A DNA stretch of 64,000 nucleotides. Origin: a virus. The stretch covers positions 75 to 64,074 of the IMG/VR virus record IMGVR_UViG_3300028888_000141. The stretch is one strand, 5' to 3'. Made by a program: the position numbers and the translations under genes. Shown here piece after piece: positions 19,261-27,654 of the stretch. A model generated the notes under the pieces. That model was given only the letters and a program-made list of their open reading frames with translations. It did not search any database and had not been told where the DNA came from. Within the stretch, counting starts at the first letter, position 1. Each line of letters begins with the position of its first letter.

Positions 19261-20037
19261 TTAGAACCTCATTTTGGGTTTACAAGATAGTTTAACGACT
19301 GCACAAGGGCTGTCTAAATATCCAGGGCCATATGTGAACACTGGCTCAGCCCAAAGATCTCCGTTTTGGTACATACTTGATGTGAATACCATTTCATCAC
19401 CAATTTCATAACCCAAAAGAGGAATATCAAGCTCAGAAAGCCAATCATTCGGTGTTAATTCATCTTCCCGAAGCAGTTTAGCTATGAATTTGTTGTATCT
19501 CGCTCTAACAGCATCAGGATTAGATCGAAAATATCTTCCAGAATAATAATCACAAAAAAGATCATTGCCATCTCCTGTGTTAATAATCTCTTCGGGATTG
19601 ATCGGATGCTCTTCCATTACTTTAAGATCGGCCTTATCTTCGATTCGTTCGAGCTTTCTTTCTCCAAGCTCTTCCTTTACCGAATCTTTTAGTCGTACAA
19701 GTGCGTTCTCCGACATCTGATACGCTGCTGCCCATGCCGCCATTCGTCTTGCGTCTATATGACGAGCAAATATAATACAGCCTACTGATGCTGCGGAGAG
19801 AAGTACTGAAGGAAGATAGCATTTCCAACAATCCTTAACTTTGTCTTTGACTGTTAGTTCTTCGTCAAGCTCAAGCTCTTCTTCGTGGTTTTTCAAATAT
19901 TCCATAGCTCGAGGTGTTTGATTAACAGCCATGATACCAGAAGCAATAAGACCAATAGTTCCTATTGCCGTTAAGATTTCAGGCCCGTGAGTAACTGTAA
20001 ATGACTTCACGACCTTAATCATTCCATGAATATCCAT
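19261..20037 (-). CDS. Membrane-anchored paralog family member 2 (DUF6353-like)
   Basis: GPEILTAIGTIG..AVNQTPRAMEYL; FCDYYSGRYFRS. Confidence 0.7.
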   Translation of the reverse strand: MDIHGMIKVVKSFTVTHGPEILTAIGTIGLIASGIMAVNQTPRAMEYLKNHEEELELDEELTVKDKVKDCWKCYLPSVLLSAASVGCIIFARHIDARRMAAWAAAYQMSENALVRLKDSVKEELGERKLERIEDKADLKVMEEHPINPEEIINTGDGNDLFCDYYSGRYFRSNPDAVRARYNKFIAKLLREDELTPNDWLSELDIPLLGYEIGDEMVFTSSMYQNGDLWAEPVFTYGPGYLDSPCAVVKLSCKPKMRF

Positions 20038-20052
20038 GGTGTCTCCTTTCGA

Positions 20053-20178
20053 TCAATTTTCTTCTTCGTCTGATTTCTTACCTTTGGCTTTCTGATAAAT
20101 CTTATGTGAACTATCGATCACCTCAAGTATTCCCATAGCCAAACCAAGAATAAGCCAAAAATATCCATCTTTTTTCAT
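20053..20178 (-). CDS. 41-aa membrane peptide (not in the ORF track)
   Basis: MKKDGYFWLILGLAMGILEV..., AAGGAG SD, fills the gap. Confidence 0.55.
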   Translation of the reverse strand: MKKDGYFWLILGLAMGILEVIDSSHKIYQKAKGKKSDEEEN

Positions 20179-20193
20179 TATTTACTCCTTTTT

Positions 20194-21021
20194 TCATGCA
20201 GTTACCTGCCTTGTCTGTGAACCTATATACTGATAATCCTTAGCAATTGAAGGGGGAAGAGGCCAAATGCCATAATGGATAACCCAAGTGGGTTTACCAT
20301 CTCTTATATGAGGATCGTAAGAACTTGGATCATTCTCGGAACCACGCATATTCACTGGTTCTTCCGTAATTTCAAGCCAAGGATAGCCGTAGTTCTCAAG
20401 AATATCATCAACAAACCACTCGTAGTCCGCGCAGTTCTTATCTTCCATACAATCCTTAATTCCAGGGAACATATTACCAAGACTTATTTCACCATAGGTA
20501 TTGATGTCTCTATTGGCATATAGCTTTGCAGACCAATATTCCTGCCAGGTCATCTGGAAATAAGTATCTGAAACTGTGTCATAGAACCATACGAGTTCAG
20601 TGGGATTCTTAGTTTCACGATCTTCCTTTGCTTCTTTTGCCGCCATCTGGTCGATTAACTTGGCCTTCTCGTCACCAAGAAACTTCTTAACAACAGTCTT
20701 GTGCTTCGAATAAGCCGCTGATACTGCTGCTGTAGTTGCCATAAGCGCCTTATAGTTCTTATGACCGATCACGCAAGAAGCGACACTGGCTGTTATCGAC
20801 AAACCAAGAAGAACTCCCGTACGCCAATATCCTCTAGCGTAGTCCTTTAGTTTATCAGATAACTCAAGATCAGTTTCTCCAGATGGATCTAATTCAAGAC
20901 GGTGATTGTCCAAATATTCATAAGCTCTGGGCGTATCATTCACCGCCATTACGACTGCTGCAATACTACTAACCACAGATACTGCCGTTAGTATTATTGG
21001 CGCTACATCTTTAATCCTCAT
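20194..21021 (-). CDS. Membrane-anchored paralog family member 3 (DUF6353-like)
   Basis: APIILTAVSVV..AVNDTPRAYEYL; FYDTVSDTYFQ. Confidence 0.7.
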   Translation of the reverse strand: MRIKDVAPIILTAVSVVSSIAAVVMAVNDTPRAYEYLDNHRLELDPSGETDLELSDKLKDYARGYWRTGVLLGLSITASVASCVIGHKNYKALMATTAAVSAAYSKHKTVVKKFLGDEKAKLIDQMAAKEAKEDRETKNPTELVWFYDTVSDTYFQMTWQEYWSAKLYANRDINTYGEISLGNMFPGIKDCMEDKNCADYEWFVDDILENYGYPWLEITEEPVNMRGSENDPSSYDPHIRDGKPTWVIHYGIWPLPPSIAKDYQYIGSQTRQVTA

Positions 21022-21075
21022 TCTTGTCTCCTTTCAAGAAAATAGAGAGGCTTAAATAACTGCCTCTCTTGGATC

Positions 21076-21243
21076 TTAGTGAAATATCAACTTAACTACA
21101 CCGATCAATGCTAATATTAATACCAATACTAAGAATATTGGTAATACATATCTAAATAGGATATATACACCTCCTACAAAGATAGTTACCGCTATTGCTA
21201 TAGCTGCTATTATTACTAGCAATATGCATAATAAAGTAATCAT
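21076..21243 (-). CDS. 55-aa very hydrophobic two-TM microprotein (not in the ORF track)
   Basis: MITLLCILLVIIAAIAIAVTIFVGGVYILFRYVLPIFLVLVLILALIGVVKLIFH; promoter 21258-21284, GGAGGTGAT SD, terminator at about 21040-21070. Confidence 0.7.
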   Translation of the reverse strand: MITLLCILLVIIAAIAIAVTIFVGGVYILFRYVLPIFLVLVLILALIGVVKLIFH

Positions 21244-21325
21244 ACTATCACCTCCTTCATAATAGGAAGCGAAATTTTTGCGAAAAACTAAAGGAGACTG
21301 ATAAATATCAATCTCCTCTATTTTG

Positions 21326-21730
21326 TTACGATTTACTGTTCTTCACAGATTCCTGTGACCAGTACTTTCCTGTGGGCGACGTTATTATTCCGTCTTTAGC
21401 CTCAGTCCATGATTCCCTGCTCATATTACGTCTGAAGTTTTGATCGTCTTTCTGAGACCACACTTTCAGGACAATACCAGTAACGATACCTACTATGATC
21501 GTTCCCCATGTCTTCGCTTTCTCAAGATTGAGTTTCTTCTTCTCAAGCTCTTTCTGCTGCTGCATGTTATCGATCTTAGTAAGAGTATCTGCTAACTGGC
21601 AAATCTCCTTACAAGTTGTTTCAGAATTCTCGTCGTTCTTCTCTACCTGAGCTCTGTACCTGTCTGTTGATTCGGACAATGCCGCCTCAAGTTTAATGAT
21701 CTGATCCTCCATTTGAACCTCCTTAAACAT
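21326..21730 (-). CDS. Cassette-encoded coiled-coil + TM protein
   Basis: Promoter 21747-21773, 5' hairpin gagcg-gtta-cgctc, terminator 21292-21317; true start probably the second Met. Confidence 0.7.
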   Translation of the reverse strand: MFKEVQMEDQIIKLEAALSESTDRYRAQVEKNDENSETTCKEICQLADTLTKIDNMQQQKELEKKKLNLEKAKTWGTIIVGIVTGIVLKVWSQKDDQNFRRNMSRESWTEAKDGIITSPTGKYWSQESVKNSKS

Positions 21731-21762
21731 TGAGCGTAACCGCTCCCATTATAGGATATGAA

Positions 21763-21990
21763 TTATTTACGTTCTTTATTTGTAATATCTTTAGCTTTAA
21801 TATAGTAGACTCGGCCGGGCTGCATCTCATCCAGATAAAGCTTTCCGTTTATAGAAAACTTTACATCTTCCGGATCAGACTTATCAATCTCAAATATCAA
21901 TTCCGGATTCTGTTTATGAAGAAATGTGCAGAATCCATAAACAGCAAAGACAATAAGAACACAAAGAAGAATATAATAGATTGTAATCAT
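21763..21990 (-). CDS. Small single-TM protein
   Basis: 75 aa, AAGGAGG SD. Confidence 0.65.
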   Translation of the reverse strand: MITIYYILLCVLIVFAVYGFCTFLHKQNPELIFEIDKSDPEDVKFSINGKLYLDEMQPGRVYYIKAKDITNKERK

Positions 21991-22009
21991 ATAGAATCCT
22001 CCTTATTAT

Positions 22010-22489
22010 TTACATTACATTTTCTTCTTTTACTGAATTAGGAATTCTTATCTTATACATCCCGGTCTTTGAGTTCTTATAAACTTTCATACCCTGAGTC
22101 CACTTCTGATGATCAAGAAGCATCTTTACAGCATCTTCTTTCCTAGCAAATTCAAATCTCGAATAAGGAATCCATCTTCCCTCTCTTGCATGTCTCTCAC
22201 ACATTGCAAGAATGCATTCACCAGGCAAATATTCATCGCTATTTATAATGTTCATAAAGAAATCATACTGATCATTCTTTTCAGAAAGAAAAGCCTTAGC
22301 GGACGCAAAATCCTGTTCATGAACCATCTTAGTCCCATAAATCTTATCGGTATAACCTTTACCGTAGTCATTTACGGCCATCATGATTACTGCAGTAGCA
22401 AGAGATGTCGCAGCATCAGGCTTCTGTCCTTTCTTTCTATCAGTCCTCATCCCCTGAAGTTTGTCCCTGGATTCTATTACCATCTTCAT
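22010..22489 (-). CDS. Hypothetical protein
   Basis: 159 aa. Confidence 0.6.
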   Translation of the reverse strand: MKMVIESRDKLQGMRTDRKKGQKPDAATSLATAVIMMAVNDYGKGYTDKIYGTKMVHEQDFASAKAFLSEKNDQYDFFMNIINSDEYLPGECILAMCERHAREGRWIPYSRFEFARKEDAVKMLLDHQKWTQGMKVYKNSKTGMYKIRIPNSVKEENVM

Positions 22490-22664
22490 TTTCCTCCATG
22501 TATTTAGTGTTTAATTTCTTGTAACAGTCCATGCAATAATGAACTTCTTTTCCATCAATTGTTTTCGTTCCAAAACTTCTAAATATCTTTCTACCAACAG
22601 AACCAGATACCGATTCATATAAAGGAATGCCACATTTTATGCAGTTTTCAGTAGTAAGTATCAT
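22440..22664 (-). CDS. Small Zn-ribbon protein
   Basis: CIKC...YCMDC. Confidence 0.6.
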   Translation of the reverse strand: MILTTENCIKCGIPLYESVSGSVGRKIFRSFGTKTIDGKEVHYCMDCYKKLNTKYMEENEDGNRIQGQTSGDED

Positions 22665-22729
22665 GTCATAATTTCCTCCAAAAAGAAAAAACAGAAAGGT
22701 AAGACTGAGTTACAAATTACTTGTATTAC

Positions 22730-22879
22730 TTAGTCTTCCTCCTTTACATAATCTCCGCACTCATCAACGTACTTATCCTCCTCCTCGAAGTCATAATCAT
22801 CGTCGATCAAATCGACAACGTTTCCTCCGTGATTGATGTATCTCTCTACGTCCTCAAAAGTTCCAAGATTGTTTGCCAT
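22730..22879 (-). CDS. 49-aa highly acidic microprotein (not in the ORF track)
   Basis: MANNLGTFEDVERYINHGGNVVDLIDDDYDFEEEDKYVDECGDYVKEED; promoter 22943-22969, AAGGAGG SD. Confidence 0.7.
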   Translation of the reverse strand: MANNLGTFEDVERYINHGGNVVDLIDDDYDFEEEDKYVDECGDYVKEED

Positions 22880-23093
22880 GTTGCTGTCCTCCTTGTATTA
22901 TAAGTTAGCTTGTTTACATAGTCTTACCTTTCTCTACTACTTCATTAGAGGACAGCATTTTTTTGCGAAATATCATTCTTCCTTTTTCTCATCACTAAGG
23001 ACTGCCTTCGCAAAAGTGACAATGCCATCAATCTTTCCAATCTTATAACCAATATTATAGGCTGTGCCAACACATACACACCATACTGCGAAT

Positions 23094-23375
23094 TTAAATA
23101 CTTTTTCCATACTTTGTTTCCTCCTTTTTAATCAGGTTCTTAGCTATTGCAATTGCGATTTTTGCATCTGGTTTATACCCAAGTTCTTTCTTTACTTGGA
23201 ATAGGATGTTGCTATATGCCTTACCAGGACTATTTGCCCATGTAGCAAACTTCATGTGACCTATAAGTTTCTTTCCAAGAAAAACAGGACCATGATAAAT
23301 ATATTTAGCCCTTTCATCCTCTTTAACTGGTAAGAAACTTAATTGTCCATTTTTCTCTCTATAAAGTCCTTCCAT
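23094..23375 (-). CDS. Hypothetical protein
   Basis: 93 aa, AAGGAG SD. Confidence 0.65.
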   Translation of the reverse strand: MEGLYREKNGQLSFLPVKEDERAKYIYHGPVFLGKKLIGHMKFATWANSPGKAYSNILFQVKKELGYKPDAKIAIAIAKNLIKKEETKYGKSI

Positions 23376-23429
23376 CTCTCTCCTTTCTAAAATATAAAGG
23401 ACAAGGCTATTAAGCCTCGTCCATTGATG

Positions 23430-23687
23430 TTACCATTCATCATCCTCTTTAAGCTGATTTGATGGGTTTGAAACATACTTGATAATCAACTTATTAAACG
23501 CCTCTGCAAATAATGCTTCACGAAAACCATGCCCATTATTAGTGCTTAATAATTTGTTACCAGAATTGGAATGTATTTCTTCCAAAATCGGTAAACTTTC
23601 ATAAGCCTTCATAATATCGCAAAGTCCGTTATACAATTCTTTGCATTTATTCATATCATCATCAAGTATTACTCTTTCCTTAATCAT
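23430..23687 (-). CDS. Cassette-encoded hypothetical protein
   Basis: Promoter 23702-23728, GGAGGTGAT SD, hairpin at 23399-23422. Confidence 0.7.
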   Translation of the reverse strand: MIKERVILDDDMNKCKELYNGLCDIMKAYESLPILEEIHSNSGNKLLSTNNGHGFREALFAEAFNKLIIKYVSNPSNQLKEDDEW

Positions 23688-23742
23688 ATAATCACCTCCT
23701 TCATTATAGAAGATGAAAATAATTCAAAAAAGGACAAGGCCG

Positions 23743-23988
23743 TTAAACCTCATCCTTCTTCATAGATATAATCGGACATCTTGGACATTTAGTACCTTTA
23801 CGACAATAAGCATCGACATCTAATTCTGCATATACGTCATCTTTATCACTTTCTAATAATAAACATCTAGCTTTATAGTCACCATAGTCACCATAGTCGC
23901 CGTCATACCATGTGATAAATCGACATCCGTTACATGATTCAGGAATATCAATGTCAAAATCTGTCTTTGTTACTATCAATGTTGCCAT
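23743..23988 (-). CDS. Cassette-encoded Cys-rich protein
   Basis: Promoter 24005-24031, GGAGGTGAT SD; CNGC..C..C..CPRC; YGD tandem repeats. Confidence 0.7.
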   Translation of the reverse strand: MATLIVTKTDFDIDIPESCNGCRFITWYDGDYGDYGDYKARCLLLESDKDDVYAELDVDAYCRKGTKCPRCPIISMKKDEV

Positions 23989-24103
23989 ATCTAATCACCT
24001 CCTTCATTATAGGAAATGAAAAATTTAGAGGACAATATCGCTTGTCCTCTTTTGCGCCGCTGATTTCCCCTCAGCAGTAAAAGGTTGTAACATTGGTTTG
24101 GGT

Positions 24104-24223
24104 TCAGTGTTTAATACACCAGATCAAAAACCCGATAACTAGGGCTATTGGTAATATAGGTATTGTGTATAATCCTATAAATAACAATAGCACTCCGGCC
24201 ATCTCGCTTATTGCTTCCCACAT
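24104..24223 (-). CDS. 39-aa membrane peptide (not in the ORF track)
   Basis: MWEAISEMAGVLLLFIGLYTIPILPIALVIGFLIWCIKH, downstream of promoter 24250-24276. Confidence 0.55.
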   Translation of the reverse strand: MWEAISEMAGVLLLFIGLYTIPILPIALVIGFLIWCIKH

Positions 24224-24312
24224 ATTATCACCATTCCTTTCGCCTCCGTCATCAAAGGGGGTGAAAAAATTTCAAGGGACTGATAATAAATTATCAATCC
24301 CCTAAAATTAGG

Positions 24313-24582
24313 TTAATCCTTTTTAGAATTAAGCTTAGCAAGAACCTTGTCTAACTTCATTTCAATTACATGAATTCTGTCGAGCTCCTGAGCCTGCGTT
24401 GATGCCAAATCTTCGCATTTCTTCATCATTGAAAAATATCTCTTCATAAGGATAACTGTCTCGTCATCCATATCAGCGATATCATCAAAGCTGATTCCTG
24501 CCTTCTTAAAAGCATCAATCATAAGCTGATTGAGTTCTTCAAATAATTCCTCTGTCATTACCTGTAAAGTTCCTTTTTCCAT
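24313..24582 (-). CDS. Cassette-encoded helical protein
   Basis: Promoter 24627-24653, 5' hairpin ggtaagg/ccttacc, terminator 24275-24301. Confidence 0.7.
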   Translation of the reverse strand: MEKGTLQVMTEELFEELNQLMIDAFKKAGISFDDIADMDDETVILMKRYFSMMKKCEDLASTQAQELDRIHVIEMKLDKVLAKLNSKKD

Positions 24583-24669
24583 ACTCTAGCCTCCTTTGCT
24601 AAAAACGGTAAGGCACCTCACCTTACCATAAAGGCGTATGAATTTTTTGCGAAAAGAAAAAGAGCCGGA

Positions 24670-24951
24670 TTAAATCCAGCCCTTTTTGTAACAATAAACT
24701 ATAAGTATTACTACTAATGGCCAAAAGGCTCCACCTAGAAAACATATTCCTAAAATTCGTAATCCACTTTCTATGTGATTACCTTTGCGTACTTTTACCT
24801 CTTCATCGAATATATCCTGTCCCGTCCTTCCGTTATAAAGTTTTCCATAAAGCTTTAAATCCTTTAATCCGGGTAAACAGAACATTCCAACATCTAACAA
24901 AAAGTATGCACATCCAATCATCACATAAATCATTATAATTGTTTTTATCAT
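24670..24951 (-). CDS. Cassette-encoded two-TM protein
   Basis: Promoter 24989-25015; C-terminal FWP TM segment. Confidence 0.7.
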   Translation of the reverse strand: MIKTIIMIYVMIGCAYFLLDVGMFCLPGLKDLKLYGKLYNGRTGQDIFDEEVKVRKGNHIESGLRILGICFLGGAFWPLVVILIVYCYKKGWI

Positions 24952-25030
24952 AAGTCTCTAGCCTCCTTTAGCTGTTGTCTTTTTACTGCATAATAGAGGA
25001 TGAAAAATGTTCAAAAAGAGAAGAGAGTCA

Positions 25031-25180
25031 TTACGACTCTCTCCACATACGCTTCATATCCTCGAGTTCTCTTTCACGTCTCATACCCTCTTCCATGCCA
25101 TTCATTTCTCCAAACGCATATCCGAGACCAAAGATCATAAATGAAATTGCTCCAAATACGGCAGTATATGCTAATATCAT
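25031..25180 (-). CDS. Cassette-encoded single-TM peptide
   Basis: True start after AGGAG SD at MILAYT; the listed ATG at 25219 is part of promoter 25217-25243. Confidence 0.6.
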   Translation of the reverse strand: MILAYTAVFGAISFMIFGLGYAFGEMNGMEEGMRRERELEDMKRMWRES

Positions 25181-25287
25181 ATTAATCTCCTCTCTTATCA
25201 GAGCACCATTGCTCTTCATAATAGGAGCACAAATTTTTGCGAAAAAGAAAAGGACTAGAGCATGATGCTCTTAATCCTTTATAACTC

Positions 25288-25510
25288 TTACCTCCATTTT
25301 TCGATTTCATCGATTTCTCTATTTAATTGTGCAATTTTCCATAATGTTACCGGCCACAATATGCCCGCTGTGATTGCTGCTGCCTTACATTCGTTCTCAG
25401 AAGATTCAAATCTATCTCCTTCATAAAGTTTAATTCTAAACAGCGCGTAATCCGCAAATTCATATGTGACTACCATAATGCAAACATAAATTAACATAAA
25501 TATAATCATA
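25288..25510 (-). CDS. Cassette-encoded two-TM protein
   Basis: Promoter 25545-25571; start at about MIIFML after GGAGG (coordinate approximate); LWP TM segment like 24670. Confidence 0.6.
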
Positions 25511-25574
25511 TAAACCTCCATTCTAAAGTGAGGGGTTATTCCCTTATAATAGGAGCACAAATTTTTTCGAAAAA

Positions 25575-25732
25575 GAAAAGGCTCGGAATCCTCCTATTCC
25601 TCATAGGTCCTACCGAGAGGGAGTTGGACGTTGTCCTTCATTCCTCAGAAATCTGAGTTCAAAAGTCTCCATCTTTCATTAAGAGCTCCCCTCCTTTCAA
25701 GCTCTGCTCTGTACTTTTATCTGCCCTTTTCC
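25575..25732 (-). ncRNA. Candidate structured GGA-rich small RNA occupying a cassette slot
   Basis: Promoter 25732-25758 upstream, T-tract downstream, only a 6-codon ORF after the best SD; closing stem plus 4-5 internal stems; 10 GGA triplets. Confidence 0.5.
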
Positions 25733-25789
25733 ATTAAAGGACAAAATATAATTGCGAAAAAAAAATGATAAGGAGACTATAAAATTAGT

Positions 25790-25930
25790 TTATTTAAACC
25801 AGTATTTTATGTTTCCGTCTTTCTTCCAAGTCCATCCATAGTTCCGTTCTTCTAAATCTTTGATTAGTATTTCAACTATTTCAGGTTTGTAATTTTTTAC
25901 TTCTGCTGTGAAAAATACTCTTTTTTTCAT
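25790..25930 (-). CDS. 46-aa cassette protein (not in the ORF track)
   Basis: MKKRVFFTAEVKNYKPEIVEILIKDLEERNYGWTWKKDGNIKYWFK; promoter 25973-25999. Confidence 0.6.
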   Translation of the reverse strand: MKKRVFFTAEVKNYKPEIVEILIKDLEERNYGWTWKKDGNIKYWFK

Positions 25931-26025
25931 AAATCTTTCCTTTCCGTCTCCAAATCATTAAAGATTACTCTTCATAATAGCATAACAAATTTTTGCGAAA
26001 AAGAAAAAGAAAAGAGGACTAAATA

Positions 26026-26190
26026 TCAGTCCTCTTGTGAACACTCGCTTTCATAACGTTCCCAAGCTTCGATCCATTCGTTAATCTTATCTTCTTCAAC
26101 GGATTCACGTATAATATCCATTTCTATAAGATCAAACTCAAGTTCGAGCTCGTCACGTTCAGCTTGCTCTTCACTATAATATTTACCCAT
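26026..26190 (-). CDS. Acidic cassette microprotein
   Basis: MGKYYSEEQAERDELELEFDL... after AAGGAG; promoter 26227-26253; terminator 26013-26035. Confidence 0.65.
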   Translation of the reverse strand: MGKYYSEEQAERDELELEFDLIEMDIIRESVEEDKINEWIEAWERYESECSQED

Positions 26191-26359
26191 ATTTATCTCC
26201 TTTCTTATCAGAGCACTATTGCTCTTCATAATAGCATAACAAATTTTTGCGAAAAAGAAAAGGGTAAAATATATTTTATACTTTCACCCCCACCCCGCCA
26301 TATAATAGCAGAGTGAGGGCTTTAGGAGGTATATATGACATCCGAATCAACTTCGGTTA

Positions 26360-26680
26360 TCACCAATATAGACTAAACACATAGTGTTGTAATGTGTCCT
26401 CTACGAAATGTCTGTCAAATTTACACATGCTAAAATGTTCAACAACTCTCTTACGCATATCATCGTCAAAGTCATAACTAATGTAAGTTATAGAATATCG
26501 ATCTTTGTATAAATAAACCTTGTTATCAGCCATAGTCTGACTCGCACTACCAAGAGTTACAACAAAACATGGATATGACATTTTTTTATTACTTGGGGGC
26601 TGAAAATATACGTTATTAGATCCAAGAAGAGTTTTTAACTCATCCTGGAGTTTGCGCGTCGTTGCCATCGTAATATTCAC
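26360..26680 (-). CDS. Tail terminator/completion protein, copy 2
   Basis: LGSNNVYFQPP..M.YPCFV..F.MC.FDR.FV.D.L.H.VF.LY, clearly paralogous to 59738-60046. Confidence 0.65.
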   Translation of the reverse strand: MNITMATTRKLQDELKTLLGSNNVYFQPPSNKKMSYPCFVVTLGSASQTMADNKVYLYKDRYSITYISYDFDDDMRKRVVEHFSMCKFDRHFVEDTLQHYVFSLYW

Positions 26681-26990
26681 CCCCTATATTTATTGTTAAT
26701 CTTGGAGGCTCTACCGTTATTTCCGTAATCCTCCATTTTTTACCATTCCATTCAATCCATTTCATGTTATAAGCATTCTGCTGAGCAAATAGATCACTTA
26801 TTATTGAAAACTGGTTATTAAATGAAATATCATTATTAACCTTATCTCCTGATTGTTCACGCTTTATTAATCTCTGAATGTCTCCATAATAATGTCGTGG
26901 TATTATTTGTGGTTTCCATACAGTTGCTTTATCGGGGTCATCAGAAACCTCAACCTGGGTTTCGAAACCAATCATTCCATGCCATTTCAT
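26640..26990 (-). CDS. Putative head-tail stopper (head closure) protein
   Basis: MKWHGMIGF..YYGD..NNQFSIISD..W.G.KW.IT.I.V.PPRL...GGEY; adjacent to the terminator gene. Confidence 0.6.
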   Translation of the reverse strand: MKWHGMIGFETQVEVSDDPDKATVWKPQIIPRHYYGDIQRLIKREQSGDKVNNDISFNNQFSIISDLFAQQNAYNMKWIEWNGKKWRITEITVEPPRLTINIGGEYYDGNDAQTPG

Positions 26991-27415
26991 ATGGATTCTC
27001 CTTTCTGAATATCAATGAATGCCTTGTATACACCATCGTCATCCATTCGTACATCTATTTTGTTGATGAGGCTGAGCTGAATATCTTTCGGTATGTCAAG
27101 AGGTTCTTTATACTCAACCCCATCAACAACAAATGGAATATCATACCGTAAATCGATCAGGTCCTTTACTATCATCAATTACTACCCCATTGACTGAAGC
27201 TCCAACCTGCCACATGTTACCATAACTATCTTGTTTAAACTCACCTTCAAGCGATAAAGCATGGAATGGATTAGCTGTATGATGACAGCCAGTTTTGGCA
27301 TGTGAACAATTTGGACAAGCTTTTAAGTCGCAAAAGAAAAAAGTTTTATTAACTTTAGTCACGGGTCTCTTTCCTGAACTACTCATGTTGTCTCCTTTCC
27401 TAAAAGACAAAAATA

Positions 27416-27625
27416 TCAAAGAGCCTCGATGGCTGCTACAAAAGCATCATAATCTGCGGCATCTGCAACGATAGCCTTGAGATCTGCTACTGAGATAGCT
27501 GAAGCATCGGGATTTCTCTCGGACTTAAGCTGCTCGGAAACATCCTTCCCGATATCAGTTCCGTGAGTAATGTAGGTAACCTTTCCGGTTGCTTTGTCTG
27601 TGATTGATTCCATCTTTACTGCCAT
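27416..27625 (-). CDS. Small protein paralogous to 34492-34722
   Basis: GTDIGK and LKAIVADAADYDAFVAAIEAL. Confidence 0.65.
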   Translation of the reverse strand: MAVKMESITDKATGKVTYITHGTDIGKDVSEQLKSERNPDASAISVADLKAIVADAADYDAFVAAIEAL

Positions 27626-27654
27626 GTCTTTTTTCCTCCTTGTGGAAATATAAA

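Noticed and set aside
25181-26229. MKSN(G/S)ALIR(E/K)EIN shared N-terminal peptide
   Set aside because: The ATG belongs to the promoter motif; the SD lies downstream, so this is duplicated leader DNA
21040-26270. Possible CRISPR array or integron
   Set aside because: Repeats are degenerate and separated by whole genes; no cas operon, integrase or attC structure seen
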